A stretch of DNA of 45,260 bases from Ignavibacteriaceae bacterium (GCA_035463895.1 DATHSU010000053.1:1-45260); one strand, 5' to 3'. Positions 21,411-31,069 are shown, counted from the first letter of the stretch. Numbers and translations: made by a program. The notes: generated by a model from the sequence alone, not told the origin.

Positions 21411-21418
21411 ATTTTGAA

Positions 21419-21817
21419 TTGAAAAAACATTCTCTTTCTTCAGACGAAAGAATAAAAGGTAAAAAATCTTTTGATCGCATTTTTATTTCCGGCAAAACGG
21501 TTCTTTCTGCAGATAAAAAATTAAAAGCTGTTTATATACACGATACGGAGTTAAATAATCCGGGGGTAAAAATAGCAGCTGCGGTATCAAGTAAAGCCGG
21601 AAATGCTGTTTGGAGAAACAGGGTAAAAAGATTGATCAAAGAATCTTACAGACTGAATAAAGAATCAATAGATGCAAAATGTAAGAAAGAAAACCTTATA
21701 CTTAGAATAGTTTTTTCTCCAAATTTTTTGAATGAAAAAAAAAATAAAAAAATAAGTTTTCAGGAGATATTATCTCCGGTACTCGATATTATCTATAGAA
21801 TAAAGAATGAGATATAA
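21419..21817 (+). CDS. rnpA: ribonuclease P protein component
   Basis: TTG start 8 nt after the rpmH stop. Basic 132-aa protein with the KKSFDRIF and NRVKRLIKESYR motifs. Conserved rpmH-rnpA-yidC order. Confidence 0.85.
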   Translation: MKKHSLSSDERIKGKKSFDRIFISGKTVLSADKKLKAVYIHDTELNNPGVKIAAAVSSKAGNAVWRNRVKRLIKESYRLNKESIDAKCKKENLILRIVFSPNFLNEKKNKKISFQEILSPVLDIIYRIKNEI

Positions 21818-21904
21818 TCCATCCGCCTCACTCGGATATAAAAATAAACCCCTCGCTCCGGAGATAATTCTTTTCTTAAGGCAGCAAATTTTTAAGGCAT
21901 TGTA

Positions 21905-23764
21905 ATGGATAAACAGACCACATTAGCATTTATACTTATTGGCGCAATACTATTAATCTGGCTTTATATAACAGCTCCTGACCCGTCACAAGCTCCACCT
22001 CAGCAGCAAACACAGGACACCACTGATGTTGCAAAAGAGCAGGAAGAAAAAATAGTTGATGATAGTTCCTTAATAGAACAGGACGAAAGTATTTTTCAGG
22101 AGGCGGATCAATCATTATTTGCCGTTAAGGATAAACCAGAAGAGATTGTAAGAATAGAAAACGATGTGGCAGTTTTTGAATTTTCTACCATAGGAGGTAA
22201 CTTTAATAGAGTTTTTCTAAAGCAGTTCAATAACTGGTATTCTGCCGGAGAAGGTAACGGGGAAGTACAAACAAAGCATCTTGTTCAGCTTATTCATTAT
22301 TCACTTGGCGGAAGTTATGATGTGGCTTTTGTGTCATCAGAAGGCAGGGCAGTTAATACAGGTAAACTTGCTTTTAATTATGAACAAAAAAAATATCTGC
22401 ATGTTATTTCGGGAACGGATTCTGTAAGAATAGATTTTACATACAATATTGATGATACCCGCTCTTTAACCAAGTCCTATCTTTTTTACGGTGACAAATA
22501 TATTATTAAAAACGACATTAGATTTAAGGGATTTAACAACCTTATAAGCAATAACAGTTTTGACCTGGTGTGGAATAATGGAATTAGATTTGTTGAAGAA
22601 AACTCAGTAGATGAATCAACTTTCAGTGATGCCATTGTTTATTATGGAGATGAAGCCGTTGATATTGACGCATCTTCACCTGTAGAAAAAGTAGTTAAAG
22701 AATTCCGCGGACGCGTAGACTGGGTTGCCGTCAGAAACAAATATTTTGCCGCCATTATAAAGCCGGAAAACAAAAATAACGTTGAAGGCGCTTATGTTGA
22801 AGGCACAAGAGAGGTTTATCCAAACGAAGGAGTAAGAGAATTTTATAACGCAAGATTGATTATTCCATTTAAAAACACACAAGACGAAACATATTCGTTT
22901 ACAATATTTCTTGGTCCGATTGATTACGATATACTCTCCGAAATGGATAAATCTTTAAGATCCATAATAAATTTCGGCGGTTTTTTTGGATTGAAGTTTA
23001 TAGTTCGTCCAATAGCCGAGTATATTTTATTACCGCTGTTCAAATTTCTTCATGCTTTTATTCCGAATTACGGAATTGTAATTATAGTATTTTCACTTAT
23101 TATAAAAATAGTAGTATACCCGCTTACAAAATCCAGTTATCGCTCCATGAAAAAAATGCAGGCACTTCAACCGAAAATTGCCGAGATAAAAGAGAAGTAT
23201 AAAGACGACGCACAGAAGATGAATAAAGAAACGATGAAACTATATTCAACTTACGGTGTTAATCCTGCTGGGGGCTGCCTTCCAATCCTTCTTCAAATGC
23301 CGATATTTATAGCACTGTGGGGGTTGTTTCAGGCAGCAATAGATTTAAGACAGCAGCCCTTCTTTTGGTGGATTCAGGATCTTTCACGTCCCGATGTTAT
23401 TTATGATCTCGGATTTAAGATGCCTTTATTCGGCATTCAGCAAATAAGCGGATTGGCAATTTTAATGGGCTTAACAACATTCGTCCAGCAAAAAATGACA
23501 ATGAAAGATCCAAAACAGGCAGCGTTAGTATATATTATGCCCGTTATGCTTACAATACTTTTTATGACCTTCCCTTCCGGATTGAATCTGTATTATTTTA
23601 TGTTTAATCTTTTTTCAATTGCTCAACAGTATTATATCAATCATCAGACAGGTGACGTGGAACTGGTACCGGTTGCTAACCCGAAAAAGAAAACAGGTTT
23701 TATGCAGCGATTAATGGAACAGGCAGAGCAGCAGTCAAAACAGCAGCAAAAAAAGAAAAAATAA
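21905..23764 (+). CDS. yidC: membrane protein insertase YidC
   Basis: 619 aa. N-terminal TM, large periplasmic P1 domain, C-terminal 60-kDa IMP core (YPLTKSSYRSMKKMQALQPKIAEIKEKYKDD, GGCLPILLQMPIF) and a basic tail. Confidence 0.93.
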   Translation: MDKQTTLAFILIGAILLIWLYITAPDPSQAPPQQQTQDTTDVAKEQEEKIVDDSSLIEQDESIFQEADQSLFAVKDKPEEIVRIENDVAVFEFSTIGGNFNRVFLKQFNNWYSAGEGNGEVQTKHLVQLIHYSLGGSYDVAFVSSEGRAVNTGKLAFNYEQKKYLHVISGTDSVRIDFTYNIDDTRSLTKSYLFYGDKYIIKNDIRFKGFNNLISNNSFDLVWNNGIRFVEENSVDESTFSDAIVYYGDEAVDIDASSPVEKVVKEFRGRVDWVAVRNKYFAAIIKPENKNNVEGAYVEGTREVYPNEGVREFYNARLIIPFKNTQDETYSFTIFLGPIDYDILSEMDKSLRSIINFGGFFGLKFIVRPIAEYILLPLFKFLHAFIPNYGIVIIVFSLIIKIVVYPLTKSSYRSMKKMQALQPKIAEIKEKYKDDAQKMNKETMKLYSTYGVNPAGGCLPILLQMPIFIALWGLFQAAIDLRQQPFFWWIQDLSRPDVIYDLGFKMPLFGIQQISGLAILMGLTTFVQQKMTMKDPKQAALVYIMPVMLTILFMTFPSGLNLYYFMFNLFSIAQQYYINHQTGDVELVPVANPKKKTGFMQRLMEQAEQQSKQQQKKKK

Positions 23765-23810
23765 TTTTATTTGTTCGGTTTGGAATTTTTCAAAACGCCA
23801 TTATTCGTTT

Positions 23811-26519
23811 ATGAGAAAAATCACCTACATAATAGTTTTCTCACTCACGATATTCTTATCGAATACTTTATCTCAAAATATAATTGAGATAAAATCAGAA
23901 TTAATAGAAGTTGATCTTCCTTTCGGATTAAAAAAGTTAATACCCAAACAAAAACCAGTTGTTGGTATTGCTCTAAGCGGCGGCGGTGCGCGCGGTTTAT
24001 CACAAATAGGTGTTCTAAAAGCACTGGAAGAACACAGCATAATTCCGGACCTGGTTGTTGGTACCAGCATGGGCAGCATTGTGGGAGGATTATATGCATC
24101 CGGTTACGATATTAATGCGCTTAATGAAATTGCAACTTCTACTAACTGGGACGAACTTCTTACAATAGCGAGACAATCGAACAGAAAAGAATTGTTCGTT
24201 GATCAGAAAATTTCAGAAGATAAAGCAGTGCTGACACTAAGGTTGGATGGGCTTAATCCGGTTCTGCCAACAGCTTTTAATGACGGACAGAAACTATCAA
24301 ACTACCTAAACATCATTACCTTTAATGCACCAATTCAGCCAAATAAGAACTTCGATTTGCTAAAGAAAAGATTCAGGGCGGTTTGCACAAATCTTGTAAC
24401 GGGAGATCCCGTTATCTTAAATAGCGGTACCCTGAGCAAGGCACTGCGAGCCAGCTCAAGTGTAACTTTTTTTCTTCCGCCCGTTCAAATGGATTCTTTA
24501 TTACTTGTTGATGGAGGACTTGCAGAAAACATACCCGTAAACATAGCAAGAAAAGAAGGTGCAGATTTTATTATAGCAGTTAACACAACAAGTCCCCTGC
24601 ATAGTGAAGAGAGACTGGCCACCCCCTGGATAATTGCGGATCAAATTGTAAGCATACCAATAAAGCATTTAAATAGCCAGCAGCTTGATTCGGCAAATAT
24701 AGTAATTACGCCCGATTTGAACGACAAGCCGGCGGGAAACTTTAATGATATTGAAAACATCATTCTCTCCGGATACAACGCAACGATTGGTTCTGTCCAG
24801 TCAATTAAAGAAAAATATGATTCACTATATCAATCAAGCATTACAGAAGACGAAGTGTTTTTTGAAAATCCTTATTTAACAGGAGAGTTTTCTTTATCGG
24901 AAAAAGAAATTTTAGATAAATATGTATCTGAAAAACCGGTTTCAAACAAATATCTGTTATTAGCAATTAATGAATTAATTGCTTCAGGAGAGTATGTTGA
25001 TCTAAGCATAATGGTTACCCAGAATGGAGATATATCGGAAATTAAAATTATCAAAAAATTTAATCCTGTTATTAAAAGAATAGATCTTATTGGCTCCTCT
25101 GCAATAAATTCGGATCGGACAGGAGAAATATTTTCATCACTTTACGGCAAGCATTACAGTGCACCAAAACTTCTAAATGCACTAACAGAACTGCTTAAAG
25201 AATACAGGCAGATAGGCTATTCACTTGCTAACGTATCGGAAATTATCTTTAACGGAGAAGATGGATTAATAAAAATTTATATTGATGAGGGAATAATTTC
25301 TTCAATAGTTACAGAAGGAAACACCCACACAAACAAGAACGTGATTACAAGAGAATTTGCAGTAAAAGAAGGAGACTTTTTCAATATAGACAGGATTTCA
25401 AAAGGTCTTATAAATTTACGTGGCACAAAACTATTTGAAGACAGCGAAGTTTTTCTAAGAAAAGAAAATGGGAAAAACATACTTGTTATAAAAGTAATTG
25501 AAAGGCAGTCGCAGCTATTGCGGCTGGGCTTTAGTGTTGATAACGAAAGACGGGCTCGTCTTTCTGTTGATGTTCGTGAAGAAAACCTTTTTGGCAGTGG
25601 CACCGAACTTGGGCTGATTTTTCTAACCAGTGCCAAAGACAGAGGTGTACAATTAGAACACAGGTCAAACAGAATTTTTGATACATATTTCACATATAAA
25701 CTGAACGCATTTTATAATTTTGAAGATATATCTGCTTATAGAGATAAACCGCAGACATCTAAGTCCAGATTTTCAAGAGAAAAGACAGGAGAATACAGGC
25801 AAATATTTTTAGGCGCCTCATTCGGAATCGGCACACAGGTTGAAAGATTTGGCAATCTAATTTTCGAGGGAAAGTATCAGCTAAACAGGGCAAAGAGTAT
25901 TTTGGAATCTCCTATTCTTCCGCAAAAAAACACTTTGGTCAGCTTAAAAGTAAATGCAACAATAGACACACAAGATAAATATCCATATCCCGAAAATGGA
26001 ATTTTCTTCAATGGTTTTTATGAAACAGCACAAACATTTTTAGGCGGCGATATTGGTTTTACTAATGTTGGTTTTGATTACAGAAATTTTTTGAGACTGT
26101 CTTCCGTTAGTGTTTTATCGACCCGGATAAATATGGGTTTTGCAGACAAAACCCTTCCCCTTACTCAGCATTATTCATTAGGCGGGTTAGACTCTTTTTT
26201 TGGAATGCGAGAAGATGAATATCGCGGAAGACAACTATTTTTAACATCGTTAATGTATCGTTATAAACTTCCTGTATCTATTTTCTTCGACACGTATGTG
26301 CAGGCAAGGTATGATCTTGGAAACGCGTGGGAAATTCAGGAACAAATTAAGTTTAAAAATCTTAAACATGGCATCGGTATTGGAATATCCTTAGACACAC
26401 CAATTGGTCCGGCAGAATTTGCTTTGGGCAGAAGCTTTATTTTTGTTAAAGATATTCCGGAAAACCCTATCAGCTGGGGAGATGTACAGTTTTATTTTTC
26501 TATTGGATATTATTATTAG
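23811..26519 (+). CDS. patatin-like phospholipase fused to POTRA repeats and an Omp85/surface-antigen beta-barrel (PlpD/type Vd autotransporter-like)
   Basis: Signal peptide. Patatin motifs GGGARG, GTSMG (nucleophile Ser) and VDGGLAEN (Asp). Two POTRA-like units (IKRIDLIG...IYIDEG; ISSIVTEGNTHTNKNVITREF...IKVIER). C-terminal beta-strand-rich barrel ending in the aromatic ...FSIGYYY. Confidence 0.85.
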   Translation: MRKITYIIVFSLTIFLSNTLSQNIIEIKSELIEVDLPFGLKKLIPKQKPVVGIALSGGGARGLSQIGVLKALEEHSIIPDLVVGTSMGSIVGGLYASGYDINALNEIATSTNWDELLTIARQSNRKELFVDQKISEDKAVLTLRLDGLNPVLPTAFNDGQKLSNYLNIITFNAPIQPNKNFDLLKKRFRAVCTNLVTGDPVILNSGTLSKALRASSSVTFFLPPVQMDSLLLVDGGLAENIPVNIARKEGADFIIAVNTTSPLHSEERLATPWIIADQIVSIPIKHLNSQQLDSANIVITPDLNDKPAGNFNDIENIILSGYNATIGSVQSIKEKYDSLYQSSITEDEVFFENPYLTGEFSLSEKEILDKYVSEKPVSNKYLLLAINELIASGEYVDLSIMVTQNGDISEIKIIKKFNPVIKRIDLIGSSAINSDRTGEIFSSLYGKHYSAPKLLNALTELLKEYRQIGYSLANVSEIIFNGEDGLIKIYIDEGIISSIVTEGNTHTNKNVITREFAVKEGDFFNIDRISKGLINLRGTKLFEDSEVFLRKENGKNILVIKVIERQSQLLRLGFSVDNERRARLSVDVREENLFGSGTELGLIFLTSAKDRGVQLEHRSNRIFDTYFTYKLNAFYNFEDISAYRDKPQTSKSRFSREKTGEYRQIFLGASFGIGTQVERFGNLIFEGKYQLNRAKSILESPILPQKNTLVSLKVNATIDTQDKYPYPENGIFFNGFYETAQTFLGGDIGFTNVGFDYRNFLRLSSVSVLSTRINMGFADKTLPLTQHYSLGGLDSFFGMREDEYRGRQLFLTSLMYRYKLPVSIFFDTYVQARYDLGNAWEIQEQIKFKNLKHGIGIGISLDTPIGPAEFALGRSFIFVKDIPENPISWGDVQFYFSIGYYY

Positions 26520-26705
26520 AACAATATCCAGCCTCTTGCAATTTCATTATTAATTTGGTTTGTATAAATCTTTTTAAAAGTAGTTTTTCATATCTTTTGT
26601 AATTTAATAACAAAAGCTGGCGTGCTAAAAAGTAATAAGTTTAATTTTCAGCCAGAGTCCTTAGTGTCTGTTACATAACTCCGAAAGTGTCATTTCAATA
26701 TGTCA

Positions 26706-27077
26706 CTAAAAAGATTTCTCCCGTTGGTCGAAATGACAATTATGTGACTTCTGCAACAGAGCCTTTAGTCTCTGCGACGCTTTGGGCCAGGCGGTTTCAA
26801 ACATTTTCTGATATTCTTCATTAGTCTCTGTCTCAACAACCAATTCAGTTTTTCCATTGGCATCCTTAACCGTAAGCAATTTATCATTTAAGAATAAAAG
26901 TGTGGGTAAAATTTTCTGCTGATTATTTGTTTTGTTAACATCTATCTGCCTTGATAAGCCATCTTCTTCAATTACCCAGGCATACTTCAGACCCCAATCA
27001 TAATCATCTAATGGAAATATTACCTGTCCGCCTACAGCCTTAATATCGAACCACAAAAATTGAGCTATCTTTTGCAT
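26706..27077 (-). CDS. hypothetical protein (possibly a divergent or decayed VOC/PhnB-like protein)
   Basis: 123 aa. The N-terminus MQKIAQFLWFD and an internal VVETETNEEYQKMF recall the FLWFD and CETQEE motifs of one VOC subfamily (from memory). The last ~10 codons run through a REP-like repeat, so the C-terminus is doubtful. Confidence 0.4.
   Translation of the reverse strand: MQKIAQFLWFDIKAVGGQVIFPLDDYDWGLKYAWVIEEDGLSRQIDVNKTNNQQKILPTLLFLNDKLLTVKDANGKTELVVETETNEEYQKMFETAWPKASQRLKALLQKSHNCHFDQREKSF
26713..26737 (-). repeat. REP-like imperfect palindromic element (GTCATTTCGACC...GGGAGAAATC)
   Basis: Minus-strand read GTCATTTCGACCAACGGGAGAAATC. It shares GTCATT...AATC termini with the element at 27151-27175. 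A further inverted partner GTCATTTC (26688-26695) pairs with GAAATGAC (26730-26737). Confidence 0.5.
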
Positions 27078-27150
27078 AGCTCCTTATAATTCTTTAAATA
27101 CTTCTAAAATTTTCACGAAGTCTTCTCAGGATAAATTTAATTCATTAGAA

Positions 27151-27175
27151 GATTCCCGCTTTCGCGGGAATGACG
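27151..27175 (-). repeat. REP-like palindromic element (CGTCATTCCCGCGAAAGCGGGAATC)
   Basis: Perfect 8-bp stem ATTCCCGC/GCGGGAAT with a 4-nt loop, 9 nt downstream of the VOC gene stop. No U-tract follows, so it is not a canonical terminator. Confidence 0.55.
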
Positions 27176-27183
27176 GGCAGCTT

Positions 27184-27615
27184 TTATTGTTTATGCGCAG
27201 AATAACCAACCATCCACTGAACCCCAAACTTATCTACAAGTGACCCGAAATAATCTCCCCAAAACTGATCGGCCATTGGCATTTCAATATTCCCACCTTC
27301 CGAAAGTCCTGTAAAAAATTTATCAGCCTCTGCTTTACTTTCCGCATCAATGTAAATGTACATATTGTTACCAAAGTTAACCTTAAATCCCATTGAAGTA
27401 AGAGCATCGGTTGCCATAATCATATTGTTTGGTCCCATTGGCAAGCTCATATGCATAACTTTTTGTTTGTCTTCAGGGCTCAGGTTTTCAGATCCGGGAG
27501 TTCCGTCAAAACGAAAAATTCCACCGGGAAAATCGCCGCCAAAAATCTTTTTATAAAAATTAAATGCTTCTTCTGTGTTGCCCGGGAAATTCAAATATGG
27601 ATGAATTGCTTTCAT
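27184..27615 (-). CDS. VOC-family protein (PhnB/YjdN-like glyoxalase fold)
   Basis: 143 aa. IHPYLNFPGNTEEAFNFYKKIFGG at the N-terminus and QFWGDYFGSLVDKFGVQWMV at the C-terminus are typical of PhnB-like VOC proteins. Confidence 0.8.
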   Translation of the reverse strand: MKAIHPYLNFPGNTEEAFNFYKKIFGGDFPGGIFRFDGTPGSENLSPEDKQKVMHMSLPMGPNNMIMATDALTSMGFKVNFGNNMYIYIDAESKAEADKFFTGLSEGGNIEMPMADQFWGDYFGSLVDKFGVQWMVGYSAHKQ

Positions 27616-27661
27616 ATAGTTGCTCCTTTTATTTTAGTTAAAGTTAAACTTCAGTTTTTAG

Positions 27662-28741
27662 TTAATAATTCAAAAGCTCCTTAATCACTTTTCTTGCCAT
27701 AAATTCTAATGCTTTTCCTCTATAAGAAAAGTCATTAAATGTTCCAATGATGTATGATTCTGTTAATGGATGATAAAACATGAAAGCACCTGTTACACCA
27801 ACGCACCCCCAGCAGTTAAACTTTTCAGGCATGATTATGGGAATAGTTTTCATTTTCCATACTGAATATCCATAATTGAAACCAACCGTTGGGAACCCCA
27901 TGTTAACATCATCATCTATCATTCGATTCAAAGTTTCTCTTTTTATAATTTTATTGTTTAACAGCGACTTCATAAACAATAAATAATTATCAAGTGGGGC
28001 AATAACACTTCCCCCGGCATAGTCTATCTGGTGAACTCCATCGATGGAATTAACATCAATACCCTTTATGAACAGCGGTGCGGCGGGTAAACCAGATTCA
28101 ATTTTAGGCTTTGAAACACCATGCATATAAGCATGCTGCATACCCAAGGGTTCGAAAATTAATTCATGCATTACTTCGTGAAATTTTTTACCAGTAATCT
28201 TTTCCACTATCAAGCCAAGAAGATAATAGTTGGTATCTGTATAGAAATGTCTTTTTCCGGGAGTTGCGACCGGCTTTAAATTCTCCTTGCCCCATATAAG
28301 TGCTTCCCCAGGTGTTATTTTAAACATCGGATTGCTTGTCATTTTTTTCCATAAATGATAAAACACATCATTTAATCCGGACGTCTGCATCAGCAAATGT
28401 CTTATAGTAATTTGGTCCGAATAATCCATTCCTTTGTAAATGTGTAAACCACTCATTAACTCAGCATCGAGATAATTTCGGATAATGTCATCAAAATCCA
28501 ACTTTCCTTTTTCAAAAAGAATACTGATAATAGTTGCCGTAAATAATTTACCAACACTAGCCAGATGAACCGGCTGGTTTATGTGCGCCTTTATATTGCC
28601 GGTATTTCCCTCTGCGACCTTAAGGTCGACATTTAACTTATCGGAGTAAACCAGCAAGTATGCCGACTTAACTTTTTTATCTTTTTGAACTTGTCTTCTA
28701 AAGAAAGATTCTATTTTTAATTCAACAGCTTTCTCATTCAT
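27662..28741 (-). CDS. serine hydrolase, beta-lactamase/transpeptidase-like family
   Basis: SxxK motif in LASVGKLFTA, downstream YTDTNYYLLG (Y-x-N-like). 359 aa. Confidence 0.8.
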   Translation of the reverse strand: MNEKAVELKIESFFRRQVQKDKKVKSAYLLVYSDKLNVDLKVAEGNTGNIKAHINQPVHLASVGKLFTATIISILFEKGKLDFDDIIRNYLDAELMSGLHIYKGMDYSDQITIRHLLMQTSGLNDVFYHLWKKMTSNPMFKITPGEALIWGKENLKPVATPGKRHFYTDTNYYLLGLIVEKITGKKFHEVMHELIFEPLGMQHAYMHGVSKPKIESGLPAAPLFIKGIDVNSIDGVHQIDYAGGSVIAPLDNYLLFMKSLLNNKIIKRETLNRMIDDDVNMGFPTVGFNYGYSVWKMKTIPIIMPEKFNCWGCVGVTGAFMFYHPLTESYIIGTFNDFSYRGKALEFMARKVIKELLNY

Positions 28742-28849
28742 TGTATTTTTATTTTCTTGTAGATTTTCTAGAAGAACATATTATAAAACTCTATAGTTGC
28801 TTCTAAAATGAAAATCAGCGTTTATAAAAAACCCACGTTAATTATAATA

Positions 28850-29677
28850 TTAACCAATTATCTGTTTTTTCTTTTTCTTTTTATTGACAGCAGTGACCAC
28901 AACCAAAACAAGCACAACAAACAAGATAAAAGGCCATAAACTTGTCAGTATAATTATAAACCACAATAGATAATTCCAGCCGTTTTTAAGTGCCTGGAAA
29001 AATTTTGAAAAGAATCCAAATGGCGATGAAACTTTTTCATAGTAAGTAATAGTAAGACTGCTTAAAGCCATCCTGTTTTTCAGATAGTTTAACCTGCCTT
29101 CGAGTGATTCTATTTCTGAACGGAGTTTTCCAATCTCCCTTTCAATATTAAGAATTTCATCAACACGATTGGCTTGTTTCAATATTTCTTTGTATCGGGC
29201 CTCAAGTTCCTTTTTAGTTTTTACCCTTGCCTCAACATCAATAAACTCTTCCGTTACATCTTTTGAATTAATGTTTTTACTGTCGATTTTTTCAGCAATC
29301 TCAGAAATCTTTTCAACCAGAAGATCAAATTTATTTTCCGGGACACGAACAGTTATATTGTGTTCGATTCTGTATTTATAATCAAAAACATTTTCGTCAC
29401 CTATATATCCGCCAAGGGCTTGTAAAGTTTGCTTAATAAAGGATTGTGTTTCTTTTACGCTTGAAGTTTCAAACCGGATATTGCCCTCCTTAATGATCTT
29501 GCGGTCAAAACCGGCAGAAACATTATCTTCGACACTAAGGGGCCCGGGCTGCATTTCAAGTGTATCAGTATAGATACTGCGGTCACTGCCACCCGAATCA
29601 CAAGCACTAAGAAACAAAAAAAGAACGGCGAGTAAAATAATTCTTGAAACAAACCATGTTTTTGTTGATATAGACAT
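28850..29677 (-). CDS. DUF4349-like lipoprotein with coiled coil and C-terminal TM anchor
   Basis: Lipobox LSAC. Also ITVRVPENKFDLL, a central coiled coil (EARYKEILKQ...LRSEIESLEGRLNYLKNR) and a C-terminal TM followed by a poly-Lys tail. Confidence 0.6.
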   Translation of the reverse strand: MSISTKTWFVSRIILLAVLFLFLSACDSGGSDRSIYTDTLEMQPGPLSVEDNVSAGFDRKIIKEGNIRFETSSVKETQSFIKQTLQALGGYIGDENVFDYKYRIEHNITVRVPENKFDLLVEKISEIAEKIDSKNINSKDVTEEFIDVEARVKTKKELEARYKEILKQANRVDEILNIEREIGKLRSEIESLEGRLNYLKNRMALSSLTITYYEKVSSPFGFFSKFFQALKNGWNYLLWFIIILTSLWPFILFVVLVLVVVTAVNKKKKKKQIIG

Positions 29678-29772
29678 ATTTATATCCGATATAAAGTTTA
29701 TAAATATTTTTATTACAGATAACCACGGACAATATAAGAGGAATTAAAAGAAAGAGGCAAGTTTATCGCTTT

Positions 29773-30564
29773 TTATTTTGCGAGTTTTAATATTCGTGCT
29801 GCACCAAACATAACAAGAATAAAAACTGCTGAGCCGACAATAAGATCCGGTAAGCTTGAATTAAACCAGAGCACTAAAACTCCGGCTAAAATAACACCAA
29901 GGTTAATAATAACATCGTTCGATGTGAAAATCATACTGGCACGCATATGAGCTTCACTGCTTTTTGATTTCATTAGAAGATAAAGACAGATTGCATTTGC
30001 AATTAAAGCAAAGACAGAAACAATTATCATCGTCTGAAAGTCTGGTAATCTTTCAACTCCAATAAAACGGCGAACTACTTCCACAAAACCAATAACAGCA
30101 AGTGTGATCTGAAAATAGCCGGCAATTCGTGCGATATTCTTTTTTCTTTGAAGCGTTCCACCGACAGCGTAAAGACTTATAGCATATACAAAAGCATCGG
30201 CAAGCATGTCAAGACTATCGGCAACCAGCCCCATTGATCTTGAAATAAGCCCCGTAATCAATTCAATTAAGAAAAACGAAAAGTTTATTATTAAAACTAT
30301 CCAGAGAACTTTTCGTTGATTTGACTGTTCTGCAAAAATGGTTTGATCTGTTTCTTCGTTAGAAATCACTTTACTGCCAAGGTTCAGCCCTTCAATTGCT
30401 TTCTCTATTTGTTGAAGATTTCCCTGATGAAATACAGTCAGCTTGCGGTTTGGAATATCAAAATCAAGATTTACAACATCTGAAAAACCATTCAGTTTTA
30501 GTTTGATCAGATTCTCTTCGGAAGGACAATCCATTTTAGGTATTTCGAAAACAGTTTTTTGCAT
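29773..30564 (-). CDS. cation diffusion facilitator-type transporter with N-terminal HMA-like domain and no C-terminal cytoplasmic domain
   Basis: N-terminal FEIPKMDCPSEENLIKLKL is the MDCPxEE variant of the heavy-metal-associated motif. Six TM helices carry the CDF site residues ADSLDMLAD (TM2) and SNDVI (TM5). The protein ends just after TM6. Confidence 0.8.
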   Translation of the reverse strand: MQKTVFEIPKMDCPSEENLIKLKLNGFSDVVNLDFDIPNRKLTVFHQGNLQQIEKAIEGLNLGSKVISNEETDQTIFAEQSNQRKVLWIVLIINFSFFLIELITGLISRSMGLVADSLDMLADAFVYAISLYAVGGTLQRKKNIARIAGYFQITLAVIGFVEVVRRFIGVERLPDFQTMIIVSVFALIANAICLYLLMKSKSSEAHMRASMIFTSNDVIINLGVILAGVLVLWFNSSLPDLIVGSAVFILVMFGAARILKLAK

Positions 30565-30575
30565 GAACCAAAAAT

Positions 30576-31055
30576 CTATTTTTTGCTTCGCGTTAAGATC
30601 GTCACAATAGCTGTAGTTATAATTCCCATAACAGGTGTAAAAATGATAGTCTGAATAATATAACCTGACAGGTTGAAATAGCTTTCTGCATCATCTCTGG
30701 TCATTTTATTTTCTTTTACGGAATACTCGATGATGTTCTTGAAATAGTCAGGTGTAATAATAGTTGATGTTATATATTGTGTTAAGGGACTTAGAACCGT
30801 AACAATCAGGGTTATAATTAAACCGGAAATAAATCCCTGCTTATAAGACATAATACCATTGTAAAAATTCCTGCGTTTATCCAGCAGAGCAAAAACGTAA
30901 ACAGCTATTGCGGGAATGGCAACAAAGTTTGTAAAGATATGATGCTTGTCAATATTGGCATCATGAAGTCCTGCCAGCTTTTCAAGCACCATCCAGAGAA
31001 GCATCATAACAAAAAAAAAGATTGCCCATTTGATTTCGATTTTAATATTTTTCAT
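30576..31055 (-). CDS. four-TM membrane protein, DUF4199-like
   Basis: 159 aa. Topology and size resemble DUF4199 proteins of the FCB group. The call is weak and made from memory. Confidence 0.4.
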   Translation of the reverse strand: MKNIKIEIKWAIFFFVMMLLWMVLEKLAGLHDANIDKHHIFTNFVAIPAIAVYVFALLDKRRNFYNGIMSYKQGFISGLIITLIVTVLSPLTQYITSTIITPDYFKNIIEYSVKENKMTRDDAESYFNLSGYIIQTIIFTPVMGIITTAIVTILTRSKK

Positions 31056-31069
31056 ACCTGCCTTTTTGT

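Noticed and set aside
21817-21826. 10-mer ATCCATCCGC shared with positions 1-10
   Set aside because: A single short exact match with no flanking similarity. This is compatible with chance in 45 kb on both strands.
23811-24600. Patatin domain as a CBASS-type (CapV-like) defence effector
   Set aside because: It has a signal peptide and is fused to POTRA plus an Omp85 barrel. There is no cyclase or other defence gene nearby, so it fits an outer-membrane autotransporter rather than phage defence.
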